The position numbers and the translations under genes are program-made. A DNA stretch of 64,000 nucleotides from Chrysomallon squamiferum. Its lineage: Eukaryota > Animalia > Mollusca. The stretch is from NCBI GenBank assembly GCA_012295275.1, contig CM022679.1:19034001-19098000 (forward strand). The letters are read 5' to 3'. Positions 1-43,400 of the stretch are shown here, in pieces. A model generated the notes under the pieces. It saw nothing but the letters and a program-made list of their open reading frames with translations, had not been told where the DNA came from and did not search any database. Numbering within the stretch: the stretch's first letter is position 1; every line of letters starts with the position of its first letter.

Positions 1-167
1 AGTCAAAGAACAGACAGATATAAATAAAACTTTTAACTGTACATATCTATGGAAAATTGTGACGATTATTTAAAAACATATAAAAAAAAACGAAAACGTA
101 GTCAATCTAGATGGGACAAAAATATATGTGGTTTTATTAATTTATTTAGGTAAACATTTTATTTTAC

Positions 168-25307
<25,140 letters not shown>

Positions 25308-26866
25308 AATAGTGTTGAAATAGCTGTCTGAAGCAAAACTGAAAATTTACATTGAGTAGTGACAAAATATGGCAATTATGTAGAATTTCATAGAAACACG
25401 AAACGAAGTCTAGTATTTCGAAAAGATTCCAAGAGACCATAACATTCGCTAGTGTCCTAGAAAATTATGATTTCCCAGTTAATTTGACGATGTTCATTTC
25501 CTGATCACATTTCTCAGAATTAACGTCAAGACAGCACAGATAATACAAACAAATAAAGGAATTCGTTTTTCCAGATCCTTATACCATTTATTACAATATA
25601 TATAATGATATATTTAGTCTGAAAACGATTTTCCAGACTCACGAAACCGAATCAGGGATTTTCTGAAAAAAAGTAAAACAAAGTTTTCCTTTTAAAAAAT
25701 TACAGTTACCCAGATTAATATGGCTGAAAATAGTCTTTTTGTCCTTTACTAACCACAAGTTCTTGAAACTGTAGCGGTTCAAAGCTTAAAACAGGAAAAG
25801 AACATAGCATCCCTTAATCTTTCATGAAAATTACTGTTACTCAGTTTGTCAAGACAGAGAATAATGATTTTCTTTCACTTGGAAATAACGCAAGATGCCA
25901 GAGATTGGCCACATTTTCTTAAAGTGTCAGTGAAGTCTTGTCGGAATGTACCAATGCTTCATCGCACAGCCGCCACTAGTGCTGCCGCGTTTCATAAGAT
26001 TCTCCTAGAGATGTATATTATTATTTTTCAGTAGATTTATTACCTGTCAAGGAACATCGATGCCTAGCTCTTATGCTTCGGAGACGACTTCAGTCTCAGA
26101 ATAAAATTAAAATGAGATAATGACTATAATGAGAGAGCTCGTAAATGGATTTATGTTCTCTGATATTGTGTATATCCGTATTTACAATATAGCTTAAGAA
26201 TATTTATTTGTATGGTTATTGTTTTGCTTGCTTATTTAGGTATTTTTTTTATTATTATTGAATAACAAAACACAGGGAGACAAGACTGTATGTGCGTTTG
26301 TGAGAAAAAAATTATATTTTTTATTTACTACATATACATAGTGATTGTTACCACATATACATAGTGAAATGAAGAATGCATTAAAGGAGAGAAAAACTAA
26401 ATTGTCAAAACATTTCATGTTTCATGTGATGATTGATTAGTATTAATCTCTGATTAAGAGCTTAAGATTGCATCAGCAAAATGCAGTTTCGACAAATTAA
26501 AACCCTTTATTAAAAAGGAGAAATTAGTTTTGTTGGATGTCTGACAGTAACTGTATCAAAGTGTTCTTTTTTTATTATTTGCTGATAATGATAGGTTTAG
26601 TCAGTTTCGAGAAATCACTCGGGATTAGGACAAAAATGAATGAAGGCGTAAATGACATTTTAAAATTCCCCACGGATAGCCCCGAATCTACAAATACTGT
26701 GTGTTTTTGCTCGCTTCTTCGTTTAAAGCTACGTGTCAGTTGAGAATTACAAAAGATGTATACATACAAGCTGGAATATTCAATTATCTTAAGCAGTTCA
26801 GAGTTTATTTCATTATGCAATTTTGTAAAAAGAAAATCAATAAAATAATTAATTTTAAACAAATTA

Positions 26867-26902
<36 letters not shown>

Positions 26903-29900
26903 ACACGTAACAAAAAAAAAGAAACTAGATGAAATAACTTCACAGTGTATTGTTAGGGGTAATGAAGTTTATTCAAGTCAAATGTTCTCTATATTCCTAT
27001 ATATTATAAAGCATATGTCGTCCTATTTGCACACACAAACACACACACACATAAGAGAGCTCTGTGTTTATTCATTAGGAGCGTGTGTTGATTGAATGAG
27101 TTCGTATTCAGAGCAAGGCAAACATTTCAATTCTCGAAGTATATTTATGATATCACATCACAGACGACAAAAATGATAGTTCATGTGAACAAGTTAGTTA
27201 CATTGTATATGTTAATATAAGGTTAAACACTAAAATATCGTATCACAGGCGACAAACTGCTTGCTATATAGATTCGCACAGAGAACAATCATGACATTAT
27301 AATGTTTTGTTAAATCAAATATAGCAAGTGAAGGACTACAAGGTTACAGAATTACTGTTCGCACCGAAATAAGACACCAGTCTCGAGGGAAGAAATAAAT
27401 TGTTCTGGTTATATTCCACTGATCGAGAGGGGAATACAAATTCTCAATCTCTGTATGATAATTCTACAATTCTGCTCGCTGTCTTAAATTTTCTTTGCAC
27501 GTAACTGCAAATTGCTCTGTTTCTTTAGGGCTTTCTGCGTTCATTTAATTACGATGTTCAGTGCAAAAACGAACATTAGCACTTTCAGTCAAGTAGACTT
27601 TAATATTCGTGATAATCTTTATTTGAGGTTCTCAGTAAGGTGCGGATATTAAAGCAGAATGTCTGACCGTATCACATTTAGTTAAATTAGAATTTAACAA
27701 ACATGTGAAATGTACCTAGATTCGGAGGTTCAAGTACGTGTGTTTGGCCCCACAACGGGAGTACAGTCAATAAACTTTAATTATCAAAATGTGAACTGAA
27801 TTGTAGCATACGTATGTATTGCAAAAAGGATTTATTGTATTGCAATATAAATATAAGGAATAGTTTTTGACGTTGATTTATTAATTAGATTAATTAAGAG
27901 AGATTTTTTTTCTCTAGGTTTTTCTTTTCATACATAATTTTCACTTGACTGAAAGAGAAGTAATCTCAGTTGACTAGAAATCCTGTGTCATTTATTTTAT
28001 ACAAAATGACGCTGATAATTGTAGTGACTTTCTATCTTCCCAGTTATTTCTACTATTATATGACCCAAGTAGATGTACCTGTGAATTGACTGAAATAGCT
28101 ACATTACCAGATGACCATAGTTAGCTCTTAAATCTTCCATTGTGTATCCATTATGCTGATGACATGTACCTCTAAAACCTGAGTCATGCCAGATAATTTT
28201 AATTGAATTTCAGCATACAACAACTTGTTATTGTAAGCAAAGTATGTAGTCTGTTTCTTTCTTTTTATGTCATTTTCATTTTTTTCTCCTCATAATCTAG
28301 ATTATTTGTACTTTAGTCATACAAAACCATTCAATTTGCAGGAATACATATAAGAGACTTGGCATGTTTTATCCAGTAAATCTTTGTTAACACCTTATTT
28401 CACAATTGAAACATAATTTTATTTCGTGTAGGTTATTTTTATATGCATTTGAAGAAGTCACTGTTATTATAGAAATTATAACTGCCAAAATGACAAGAAT
28501 TATTCATTGTCATGTGTTTTCTTTGCATGATGTTATACCTTTTATACAGAAAAAGCTGATTATCACTATTAAAACCGTAATACAAATATATTAATACTTA
28601 AACATAATAAACACAACAAAAGTTTAATTTTCTATGCAGTTTAAAAAAAAGTATCAGGCATGCAAAACTCTGTAAATACATCTTAGTTTACTTTGATCAC
28701 ATTCCAATATTTGTTAGAAGACTAGACCTATTAAACTTTCATAAATAAAACTGAAAACGAGCAAACACGAAGTTTTATTAAAAGCTTTCCAGTACAGGGT
28801 TACCCAACACAGAAATACAGTAATAATTATCGTTTGTGAGGAGTGATAGATCTAGCTTTGTTATCTTTGTTCAGTAAATCAATCAGTACAGTGGAAAATT
28901 TTATACATTTGTTAAACGGAAACCAGCTCACGAGGAATTAATTAATAAAGATCACTAACCAAATAACCAAAGAGTAAAACATTTCCACAAATATCTGACC
29001 TCCGCCCAGCTGACAGAAGTGTTTAATTAAATTTCCACAACGAATTCTTTGGCTGCTTTCAATACTATTTGACATAAACCAATGTTCCTATCATAGGAGG
29101 AATAATTCTTGACGACAACAGCTATAAATACTCTTTCTTTTTGATCCAGAGTAGAATGTAACTCATTGGCAATGTCTGAACTTGAACGAAACCTCCCAGA
29201 TAGTTCACTGAACAACAAGTACTCTGGAAATGTTTGTCAAAATTAGTGCTGGAGGTCAAAAGTGTATAAAAAAACAACTACGTTGATTTATTTCAGCACT
29301 ACCGAAAGCTGCTCAAGCCATTAATTCGTCCTACAGCGAGATGCATGTTAAATTTTAGAATCAGTAAAAAAAACTTTTCCTTTATTTAAGATCAACAGCT
29401 ATTAGACTATTGCCAATACAAATAGATATTTTTAATGTTTGCAAGCTATATTTAGCTTGTACTGAATATTTTTACTTTTATTAGTAAAGCCACGTTATGA
29501 TAAATTAAGATAAAAGAACTTTCATATTTTGTCTCATTTTGTATCGTATCACAAATATAATTTTGTTATAGCTGTTTTCAATCTCTATGCATCTGCATTT
29601 GTATATGTAAATGTGTACATATGTAAGTTTATATGTATATGTGTATTTCTATGTATGTGTGTATTCACATGTATTTATATCTATGTTTATACTTGGTTTA
29701 TTTTGTGAGTTTTGTGTGTGTGGTTTTTTGGTATATATGTTTCTGAAAGAGAAACATCGATTCAAGTATTTTAAACGAGAACGGTACATAGCAAGACCAT
29801 AAGTTCAAATACTATTAACAAAACTATATTTAGAGAGAAAACAAATACATATTTCTGGAAAATATTTAAAAATAAAATATCAAGTTAGTTCGCTCTATTT

Positions 29901-30252
29901 GAACCATAAATGCGAATTAATAGTTCACCTATTTAGAAATAAACTGTTCTAAAACAATATCTCGTTCAGTAACACGAAACAAGCAATTGGAATCGTAAAC
30001 AAATCACAGAAAGTGCGTTCGACATATGTGACTCTATCTACTCAACCTTATTTATATTTATTCACCCATTCCCAAATTTAAGTTTAAGAGCTTCTAATTT
30101 TAGCTTACATTTCCTAATATAACTTGTACGATAAGATTAAGATGACAAAAAGAAGACACTCAGCGATAACAAAATGTTCACATTATCATTTCTTTGATAA
30201 TCAGTGAGAAAACCAAATGTTGTGGAACACCACATTAGTGAACACCGTTTTA

Positions 30253-30300
30253 GCCACGCCCATACTGTGATGTTTGCAAAATTTTAACTGCTATATAAAA
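30253..30300 (+). promoter_or_regulatory. Putative core promoter of the P450 (GC/KLF-like box and TATA box)
   Basis: GCCACGCCC at 30253-30261 and TATATAAAA at 30292-30300, ~100 bp upstream of the ATG. Motif match only, in AT-rich DNA. Confidence 0.4.
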
Positions 30301-30398
30301 AGACATTTTAAAATTGAATAAATTTATTTTGAAATTGTTTATACGATATTAACTAGAAAAAAACAAGTGGTATAATAAGTGAATTTTTGTAGAAAAAA

Positions 30399-34837
<4,439 letters not shown>

Positions 34838-36052
34838 AGATGTCAGCTTTAATTCGCATTTTAATCAATAGAACAGTATTTCATTATAAACTTTCACAAA
34901 ACTAAAAGATAGAGATTTTACAGATTTTATTTAACAGCTGACAGAAGACAGAAAAATATAAGTATGTTTCTCACAAAGAGAGAATTACATTTTGATACGA
35001 TAGTATTCAGAGTGACATGATTGCAAGAATTATATATGGCACCTGCAACAGTAGTAAACGGAACTACAAGTCTGAGAAGAAAAGAACACTGTATATAGAA
35101 ATTATGTAATGCAGCAAGTATTCTGAACAAGATACTCATTAGAAGGAATCCGAATCTCAAGCAAAAACTTTTCAAAACATTAAAGTAGTGGTTGTGAAAT
35201 TCCAATTCTTTTCATGACAAATGTGAAGACGAAAAATGTTATATAAGGATAGAAACAATATATTATTTAATCTATGACTATGTTTATACTTGTTAATATA
35301 AAGATAAAAGCCAAAGCTTCATTACTGCGTTTCAGCGGCTGTTCTTTTTGCTTTTACGCTTAAACCAAGATGGACTTGGTGGTAAAGCCAGTGCGAACAT
35401 TTAAAAAAAATAAAATGTGTGAAGATGACGTTAAACAAATAATATTCATTCAGTCAGACAAAGCTTTACAAAGTTCACATGGATCCAGACAATGAAATTT
35501 GATTATTTATTGATATGTCAATATTATTTATAATTTTTTCAAGCTATTTATTATTCATTAAATAATATATATTTTCTAGCCTGCATATATTGTTTCTTCA
35601 TAACACGTTTAAAACAAAGTTCTAAATATAAAATTTATGTATATGATTGCTGAATAACTTTTATAATTTACAAACACCAAAAAATGTTGAGATGGTAATT
35701 TGTGATAAAGTTTACACATTAAATCATTTGTCGTTAATTCACATTACTGGCTCTTCTGTATATTTGATAGTATTTTTGCATGTAACTAAAATACCACATA
35801 GTATTATATAATACAGAAGTTATAAAGTATTGATGATCCGTACTCCAAAACACTTGGAATGATCGCCAGTAATTCTGCGAGGTAAGGTTTGTTTTATTTC
35901 CAACTGTTTATCCTTTTTACTAAAAAGGAGTTAACATAAAATTAAATAAGTGTATGATTCAGTACACGGAATAAGTAAAAACAATATTGGTATATTAAAA
36001 ATTAACCATGAACTTTTCAAATGAGCATCTTACATAATTATGTCACTGATAT

Positions 36053-36557
36053 ATAATTTATTACATCTACAAAATATGGCTATATCTAGATATACTTATT
36101 GTGGAAGTCTTCAGTCCATAAAAATAAATTGTATAGACGTTGACAGTTTGGTATGTCGTTATAATTCAGTTCTGTTTTTAAGCTACACACGAGATGAGTC
36201 ACATATTAAGAAAGAGTATTGTTTTGACTGGATAATGTATGACTTGTCACATCGAACTAGGTCTGAAATCGCACGGTCAAATATTGAGCTTTTGTCAGTA
36301 ATAGTGAAGTGATATTGTGTTAAATTTTTATTTTTACATATCTTTAGGATCCAGTGACGAAAATTGATTTATCTTATGTTGTGTTTTAGAGCTCTTTCAT
36401 GAACATTTTAATTTGCTGAATAAGATGTCAAAAATGAAGTTTAGTGAGTCAGGGATCTGAAAATGTTCAGTGCGCTGCATATGATGTTTTTTTTATATCG
36501 TTAATTTACTTACTGACATCAAATTCTAGAGCAGCAAAACAGAAACAACCAAGACCT
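36053..36557 (+). repeat. Left arm of ~500-bp inverted duplication
   Basis: Near-identical reverse complement of 39133-39625. The ORF track shows the same peptide (...DSLVCRYNSVLFLSYTRDESHIKKEYCFDW...) on opposite strands. Confidence 0.95.
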
Positions 36558-36706
36558 GAATTAAATAAGATATCAAAGGAGAAATCAAAAATAAAACAGG
36601 CATTATAAGTGCTTCCTTGTAATTACATCCGTGTCTCACCTTTTACTTGTCAGCTGAAATGTTATTGAAAGTGAAAGCTAATTTCTAACTTTCTGCTTTA
36701 TTGCTG

Positions 36707-36741
<35 letters not shown>

Positions 36742-36953
36742 GTTTTAAAAAGTGTTTTTTTCAATATGAAAAGACGCCATGTTATTATTAAATTTATTAA
36801 TTCTAAATATCATTGCCTTTTTATCGTTATTAAGTACGCATTGACGTCTTTTCATCTTTTGATTTCGTAATTACCTTATTAAATGCAAACTATAATTATT
36901 CGAGTATTATTTAACAACCTTTTGTGTATACATATCTGGGTTTCTAGTTGCAA

Positions 36954-36957
<4 letters not shown>

Positions 36958-37015
<58 letters not shown>

Positions 37016-37031
37016 CACACACACACACACA
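36958..37031. repeat. (CT)n(CA)n compound microsatellite
   Basis: Direct inspection. Confidence 0.9.
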
Positions 37032-37524
37032 TATATCATTGTTATTTCTGTCTTTGTTTATTCTTCTGGGTTTTTCATTGTGACTGGAGGTGATTAAAAC
37101 TGTTAAAACTGTTCTTATTAGCAGCACAAACGTTTGATTGTTCTACATAAGACCGAGGATTGTTTCTTTATTTTCCTAATTGTATGAGTAACTTTTTCTC
37201 TTAATTACTATTTTTAACATTCTTGCCTTTCTTTTGATCCGTTGTTGTTTTACGCATTTGCTTTGAAACATTTCAAACGTTTAAGCTCTCCAGATCATCA
37301 CGCCTCAGAAAAACAATCAGAAACTAATATGGTATTTGACCTCGCTCAACATTTAATCTGAAACTCCAAACTTAGGATAATTCTCTGATACTGGGGACAA
37401 ATTTAGCTCTCTCAAGAGGACGAGGATGTTTAGAGATAACCTCTTTCTTTCCACTTGGAGTGTCCGACACCTGGAAACTTAGCTCGTTCACCGTAAACTG
37501 CCATGCTAACTTACAACGAAAGGT

Positions 37525-37651
37525 AATAATAACAATAATAACAACAATAATAAACCAAGATCAAAAATAATAATGAAAACAACGACGATGACACCGACAA
37601 TAGCAACATCAACAATAATAATAATATCCCACCATTTATTATTATTATTAT

Positions 37652-37701
<50 letters not shown>

Positions 37702-37800
37702 TCAGCAGCAGCAGCAGCAGCAGCACCATCGTTATCGTCATCATCATTGTATTATGATTATTTATTATTATCTTATCATTATACTTACTATTATTTTCAC
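37525..37800. repeat. Compound triplet microsatellite (AAT/TAT/GTA/GCA/TCA)
   Basis: Direct inspection. Confidence 0.85.
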
Positions 37801-39132
37801 TGATTTTTATTTATTTACCTGTTTGTTTATTTGTTTGCTTGTTTGTTTGCTTGTTTTGTTTAGTTTTGTTTTGTTATTTAGTGTCGGTATAGTAGGTGGT
37901 CGGCTGGTTATTCCTCGTTCCACGCAAACCATAAACCATTTACATGTAATGAAAGAAGGGCTGTACGCCGTTGTCAAAGTGACATCTACAACAAGTAAGG
38001 AATCCATCATCGCCGAATCACAATTTTAACTCAGAACCGCACTTGTAATAAATAAATAAATAAATGAATAAATGAGAAGTCGTGTTCACTCTTCCAAGGG
38101 AGATCATTCTAATTGTCTTACAAGTAATACAAAACTATCTCCCTTCACGCTTTCGGCTTTTCTATCAGTATTTATAATTGAAAGAAGTGATATCCTAAGT
38201 AGTCTTGTAAGTTAAGAGTCCGGAGCTATGACAGACGTTTCACATCCTGTAATGTTTGAACTCGTGCTCGGGCGAACTGCAGCGCGTGTTTACCTTTAGA
38301 CGTGTTTAAACAATTTCGCCGGTTGATCATGATTATTACGACTTTTTGGTCATTTTGAGGAAATTATTTTAGACGGTATATAAATTTTAAAAGGTTACTG
38401 TGATTCCAGTGTCCAAGCATAATAATTTCCATTTTCATGTTATTAGCTAATACAAACGTACATGGGTATTTATTTATTATCACAGCATCATTATACATGA
38501 TAGAATCTAATCTAACAAACGAGCTTTTTCAGTTTTATATTACACATATCTTCAGTTATGGAAAAAACCCACAGTAAAAGTAATGAATAGACAGCTTTTA
38601 ATCTCGCTACTAGCAAAGCTGTTTATGTTACGTTCCGTGATGTAAAGTATGTATGCAAATACTTAAAAAAAATAATGATATTGTATTTGGATTTGAAATA
38701 ACTTGCCCGAAAGACATACAAATACTTATACTCTTATCAGCTGAATGATCTGGTTTATTTAGCCACTCTTAAAACTTGTGTTTTCTTCGTTTGTACATAA
38801 AGCCAGCCATGAATGACGCCCTTTTTTTTTCTTCCTTAAAATAATAATTTGTGGGTTTTTTAAACCTTAGGTAATACCTTTAAACCATATCGCGCTTATT
38901 TTTAAAATTATAAATTGAATTTATTGCATTAACAGACGATAAAAATTAATACAGATAATGTTAAAAATAATTTTAAATATAATAATGAAAATAAATTGCA
39001 GTTCGATCACTTTAATACAAAACAGATTCTTCCTCCCTAAGATGAACGAATTTTATGGATGATCGCAAAGAGATTTGTTTTCAATGGGTGTAGCAAGATC
39101 TCTTCATTGGTCCTGAAATTACTGTTTAAAAG

Positions 39133-39625
39133 AGGTCTTGGTTGTTTCTGTTTTGCTGCTCTAGAATTTGATGTCAGTAAGTAAATTAACGATATAAAAA
39201 AAACATGATATGCAGCGCACTGAACATTTTCAGATCCCTAACTCACTAAACTTCATTTTTGACATCTTATTCAGCAAATTAAAATGTTCATGAAAGAGCT
39301 CTAAAACACAACATAAGATAAATCAATTTTCGTCACTGGATCCTAAAGATATGTAAAAATAAAAATTTAACACAATATCACTTCACTATTACTGACAAAA
39401 GCTCAATATTTGACCGTGCGATTTCAGACCTAGTTCGATGTGACAAGTCATACATTATCCAGTCAAAACAATACTCTTTCTTAATATGTGACTCATCTCG
39501 TGTGTAGCTTAAAAACAGAACTGAATTATAACGACATACCAAACTGTCAACGTCTACACAATTTATTTTTATGGTATACAAAGTATATCTAGATATAGCC
39601 ATATTTTATAGATGTAATAAATTAT
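39133..39625 (-). repeat. Right arm of ~500-bp inverted duplication
   Basis: Reverse complement of 36053-36557 with a few substitutions and one ~12-bp indel near the outer end. Confidence 0.95.
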
Positions 39626-39817
39626 GCTACACTGTTTAAATTTTAATTTTAAATGGACGACGATATTAATTTCTCTTGTAATTTTAACTGTGATTATCAG
39701 GTCTGGTTAACACACTGAGATACTTCTTTCGCTTAAAGACTTCTGCTATAATTTCATATATTAAAAAAAGTATTACCAGTATTAATTCTCACAGTTAATA
39801 GCTTCATGTTCTTCCTT

Positions 39818-39848
<31 letters not shown>

Positions 39849-40370
39849 GTCGTTGTTTTTGTGGGGTGTCGTTTTGGGGGTTTTTTTTCACAAAAATAAG
39901 TCAGTCAAACAGGCTCGTTTGTCAATCGATAAATGTTCACCCCAGTGTCATCCTATTTCTTATGTCACATGCCTGAATCTAAACACTGATAAAACACGTT
40001 CACGTTTTTACTTTAGTTTTATAACTAGTAATATAACATTCAGGTACAAAGAATATTTAAATGTCTTTCGGTCATGCTAATGGCATTTCTAGCGGAACGT
40101 AAGTATGAAATAATATTTTACAAAACAACATAAATATTGTGCAATATTTCGAAGTGATTATGAACAATATGAAAATACTGCAAACTTATTTTTCTAAACA
40201 TTCTACTTTGTAGATTTGTTCATTATGTTTTATCTGTGAATAATTTATGTTTTATGTCGGTGATAAAAAATTCTTAAAATGGTTGTCAGGTGTCAAAGAA
40301 AGAGAAATTAGTACATGCTTGTTGTTCAGGAAACTGTCGTGTGATTAAATACAGCAAAAATAATTCATAA

Positions 40371-40394
40371 TTATTGTTGTTGTTGTTGTTGTTG

Positions 40395-40462
<68 letters not shown>

Positions 40463-40478
40463 TGTTATTATTATTATT
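40371..40478. repeat. (TTG)n(TTA)n microsatellite
   Basis: Direct inspection. Confidence 0.95.
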
Positions 40479-43400
40479 AAAGGAATAAATATAATATTAA
40501 GTAAGATAAAGGATTTAAAAGGTTTAAAAGTTAAAAGAAAAGAAAAAAGTAAAGCGACACAGAGAAAGAAAATAAACGGAATGAAAGAAAAAAAATAGAA
40601 ACAAGGCAAACTGTCAAAGCACACCAAATAAATACCTCAAGAAGGCAGGCACGCACGCACTTACACACACAGACATAAAACTATAAAATAAATAATAAAA
40701 TTAAATTAAAGAAAGAAAGAAAGAAAGAATGGGAAAAGAAAGGGAAAAGTTTGTGGAAAATAAAGATAAACGTCAACAACAACACTAGCAACAGGAATGG
40801 TAAAAATAATAGAATGAAACAAAATAGCAAAACAAAAACAATGTGCGACTCACAGTTAACTCATGATTACTTTATGATCCACTACCCTGTGATCCCCTGG
40901 ATGATAAAATAAATAAAAACAAATCCCACATTCACCTAAATAGTGCATCACTCTCCCTGTCACTGAACACGTTATAGCTCACAAGGAAAAACAACAAACA
41001 GTAAATGTTAACTTTCACACACGAATATGTCTGTTTGGTGGCATTGAAAGGATGCAGCCGTAACTTCCTCGCTTAAGCTTCAAGGCCAGGTTTAACATTG
41101 CAGTCGCAGACCATTGTTATAACTGTAAATACAAATATGCGTTTAAAATCAGGAAAATCAAACAGGAAAGATTCTTTTGAAAATTGTAAACAATGACAAG
41201 CTTTATTAAAAGTGTTTCTTAAATATTGTTTCGCCTTTGAATTTTATTGTCAACAACAAATTATAAAATTTCTGCTGACCGAGCTCTTGTTTAACAATAC
41301 TCAGATCATTAATATTTCTTTACGTAAAAGATGATGACGTTTTTATTTCTTTTTATAATATTGTTAAACGGTGGACGGATTAATGAAATTATATTTGATT
41401 GAATGTTATTTATATTTTTAAAAATTTGAATTCAAAAATTTAAAAAGATACAAAATAAAAAATAAAATAAAATAAAATAACCCTGACAGATAAATAAATA
41501 AATAAATAAATAAAAAAATAAATAAAAAAATAAATAATTTAGTTTAAAAAATGCATTGGCTATATATTTTAATACTGTTCATTCACTATTTATTATATTT
41601 CCATGGAAGATACGTAATAAATTATACACATTTAATTCGTTTATGACTGATTAAAATTCTCTGCATATAAAATATTAGCTATGTAAGTGTAAACGTCATG
41701 TAATAAAATAACGATGATGGTGGTAACTATGACGACGACAAACAAAGATTTACCCCTTCTACCTCAAACACTCATTAAGTGACATGATAGGTTTTGATGA
41801 CAAACTTTTACAGTAAGTTTCCATACTGGCACTAATGACCATCAGCCATATGGATATTATAAAATATTATTTGTGAATTAGTATTTTATTTTCAATCAGT
41901 GTTAACACCTACACACACACACACCCATATACACACACATACACAATTATAGACCGATATTATGATCATGATGTTGTATAAAAATTTCATTTCTTTTAAA
42001 AAAGTAATAGTTTCTGTATGTGTGTGTTTCTGTGCGTGTGCGTGTGTGTTTTTAAAAGGCTATGCTCAGGAAACCAAATTATATAGTCTCCACTGTTGAC
42101 AAACTATCGATTTTCGTGACCTAAATCGTTTAAACCGTTGCTCGTTTTCAGAAACCAAAGGAAGGGAGATAACTGGAGAAGGATAACATTATAGGCTAAC
42201 TTAACGACAACAGAAGAAACCAATTTGGTCATTTGTTTAAAATTTGTATTTTGTGTGAACGTTTTGTGACTGGATACGTGTGGCAAAACTAGGAAAACAA
42301 GACGTGTACAACTGTAAAAGGTGATTTCCAGTGTGTTGTCAAAAACAAGCGATCAGTGGAAATATTCTGAGAAAATAATGCCGTTGAGGTCAGTAAACTC
42401 TTATCTCACTTGTTACTAAATTAATTTTTACATATATCAAATTTATAATTTCCTTTCTGTGTTTCATAGTCTTTCTGTCATTTCTTTCTTTCTTATCTTT
42501 TCTTTTCTTTCTTTTCTTTTCTTTTCTTTCTTTTCTTTTCTTCTTTTTATCGCCTCTTTCTTTTATCAATTTTGCTTATTTCCTCTCTTTTCAAAAATAC
42601 TATTGTATGTTTTACAATTTTCCTTATAAGCACTTAAAATATTTTATAAATAAGAAAACAAAAATAAAGAAGATAAACGAATAAAAATAGTGTGTCTTGA
42701 AATAATCTAAAATTTATCCATTACTTTATCATGATAATCATTCATTTATGTAAACACAATTTCAATAATAAATAAATAAATAAATAAAAATACTATTGCA
42801 ATTATATAATATTACATTCATTCATATATTCATCGTACTTACATACGAAATACACATCCATCCATCCATCCATACATCCATCTATACATACATACATTCA
42901 TCCATACAAACATATATTCATAAATATACACATATACAGTGTACTGCTTTTTATGTCAGCTTTTTATATCAGTCTCTGCATCTAATTATTTACCAGAACT
43001 AACGTTAATTTTCTCGAATATATGATTGGTTCTGCTAGATAATTTGAAAAAATCTTGTTTGATTCTCAAACAAAAATTTAAAAGTCGACTTATAAGAACG
43101 GGGCTGTCTGATCGAAAACAAAGAATTCAGTGGTTGTCACATTTCTCGGCTGAATCGTAAGCAGTGTCTCACTGAGCACCTCTCAAACTACGTTATTATT
43201 GTAGGTTTGTTTTTGTTTTTCTATTAAATGTTCATTCATAACCGCAAAGAAATTTAGCGATATTGAAAAGTGTAAGAGGAAATTAGTAGAAAATGTCAGA
43301 ACTGCAAATAAAAGAATGTATAGTAAATGGGAAACATTTGTCGAAGTTCGCTGTTCAATATGGTAATAAGGAAGCAAAAAGGGTATTGAATGGAAGACAA

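Noticed and set aside
29027-29218. 63-aa minus-strand ORF between the receptor and P450 genes
   Set aside because: Non-ATG start and no recognisable homology; at most a UTR or non-coding exon.
36040-36312. Duplicated 90-aa/74-aa ORFs in the inverted-repeat arms
   Set aside because: No recognisable domain or transposase motif; identity simply reflects the recent DNA duplication.
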